DNA of 63,974 bases, counting the filler, from Octopus bimaculoides (taxonomy: Eukaryota), in the NCBI RefSeq assembly GCF_001194135.2. It is 5 parts of 5 records of this genome, joined end to end, with 100 filler letters (N's around TTAATTAATTAA, not from the genome) between each part and the next. Parts side by side here need not be neighbours in the genome. Positions count along the whole stretch, not along the records: positions 62,943 to 63,974 come from NW_026308008.1; 4 more parts are not named here. One strand, given 5' to 3'. A program made the translations under genes and the position numbers. The notes beneath the pieces were generated by a model. That model worked only from the letters and a program-made list of their open reading frames with translations, was not told where the DNA came from and did no database searches. The stretch's first letter is position 1. The number at the start of each line of letters is the position of its first letter. Of this stretch, positions 62,943 to 63,974 are shown piece by piece.

Positions 62943-63015
62943 AACACTCACAACGCCCGGTCTGGGAATCGAAACCGCGATCCCGCTGCCCTGACCAGTG
63001 GGCCATTGCGCCTCC
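62943..63015 (-). mobile_element. SINE family A head with a ~15-nt internal deletion
   Basis: Reverse-complement match; differs from 62739-62842 by the deletion and substitutions. Confidence 0.9.
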
Positions 63016-63974
63016 ACTTAACAAACACTGACGCTGGATAATCAAACAGGAGGGGGCATGTCATGTTATAAAATTTTTACAAATATGCTTAAGTTATAAA
63101 AATCACTACAATAGAAAATTATTAACTAGATATATTAACATCATATTTTAACAAAAGCTGGTATCTTTTATGCAAGAAGTGCTTTTGCTACAGACAAAAG
63201 TATTCATATCTTTCAAAAAATATTTGTTTTGCTGCAATTTGAAGAAGTTGACAAATTCTTTGAGGAGATAATCGAAGTTATATTTACTAATTTTACTCTA
63301 TGTATTGAAATTATGCTATCATAGAAATACAATTCTAAAGTTTAGCAACACATTTAAAGAATTGTATAAGAAATTTTAGTAACTAGCAATAAGAGGAAAC
63401 AAAATATTATATTTTCTTCAAAGTAGTCCGGTGTTTTAAGTAACCCCATTTCACGGTAATCAAACTATATTCCGCTCCTGCTATCTATGAGTCGTCGTTT
63501 ACTACCCAAGCACTGTTGAAATATGATTTAATTCATTTATACTTGATCAAATTTATGCGGTATTTATTATGCATGGTCGTTGCTTGTCATTATCAGGATC
63601 TGATCTTCTGCTGCCCTACTCCCCGCCCAGATCTAAATTATTTTAAACAAATTCTACTGTTGCTTCTTTTCGTCACATTAATCAACTAATCTCTGTGTTT
63701 TATACTTATTACTCTCCTTGTAGTAATAAACATATATCACTTATGTTTTTGTTAAATTCTATTAGATACATAACTTCTTTTAGCCTAACGATGTTTGCAT
63801 TTTAACAGTAAATATATTATTAAATTACTCAAGTTACCGAAGCCTCATACCATACCCCATATTATTTGTATAAAATATATTATATTTCTATCCAGGATTT
63901 CAAATGAATTTTCCTCTTTCATTGTCTATTAGAGTAAATTTACTTCGCGTCTGCTACGGAAAGAACCGTATATA

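Overview
AT-rich, gap-ridden (many N runs) animal genomic DNA, either intergenic or deep intronic. No intact host protein-coding gene, rRNA, true tRNA or CRISPR array can be supported. Nearly all long ORFs in the track are microsatellite or N-run read-throughs. The repeat complement (tRNA-derived SINEs with embedded (CA)/(TA)/(GATA) tracts, extreme microsatellite load) resembles coleoid cephalopod (Octopus-like) DNA; this is my recognition, not a database result. Supported content: two near-full-length decayed mariner transposons plus one fragment; three Penelope-like element (PLE) remnants (GIY-YIG, one with RT motifs including YMDD); six R4/Dong-type restriction-like-endonuclease (RLE) LINE remnants, mostly embedded in (TAA)/(CAA)/(GAA) tracts; RTE and CR1/L2-group LINE fragments; hAT MITEs (one with a perfect 8-bp TSD nested in a LINE); and dozens of SINE copies from at least four families. 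The most unusual signal is a set of minimal type I hammerhead-ribozyme motifs. These include a ~410-bp palindrome (11267-11677) with a hammerhead on each strand, a tRNA-like Pol III cassette upstream of a hammerhead at a PLE 3' end (2585-2766), and three dispersed copies of another hammerhead-bearing short repeat. Several closely spaced inverted SINE pairs could form long dsRNA.
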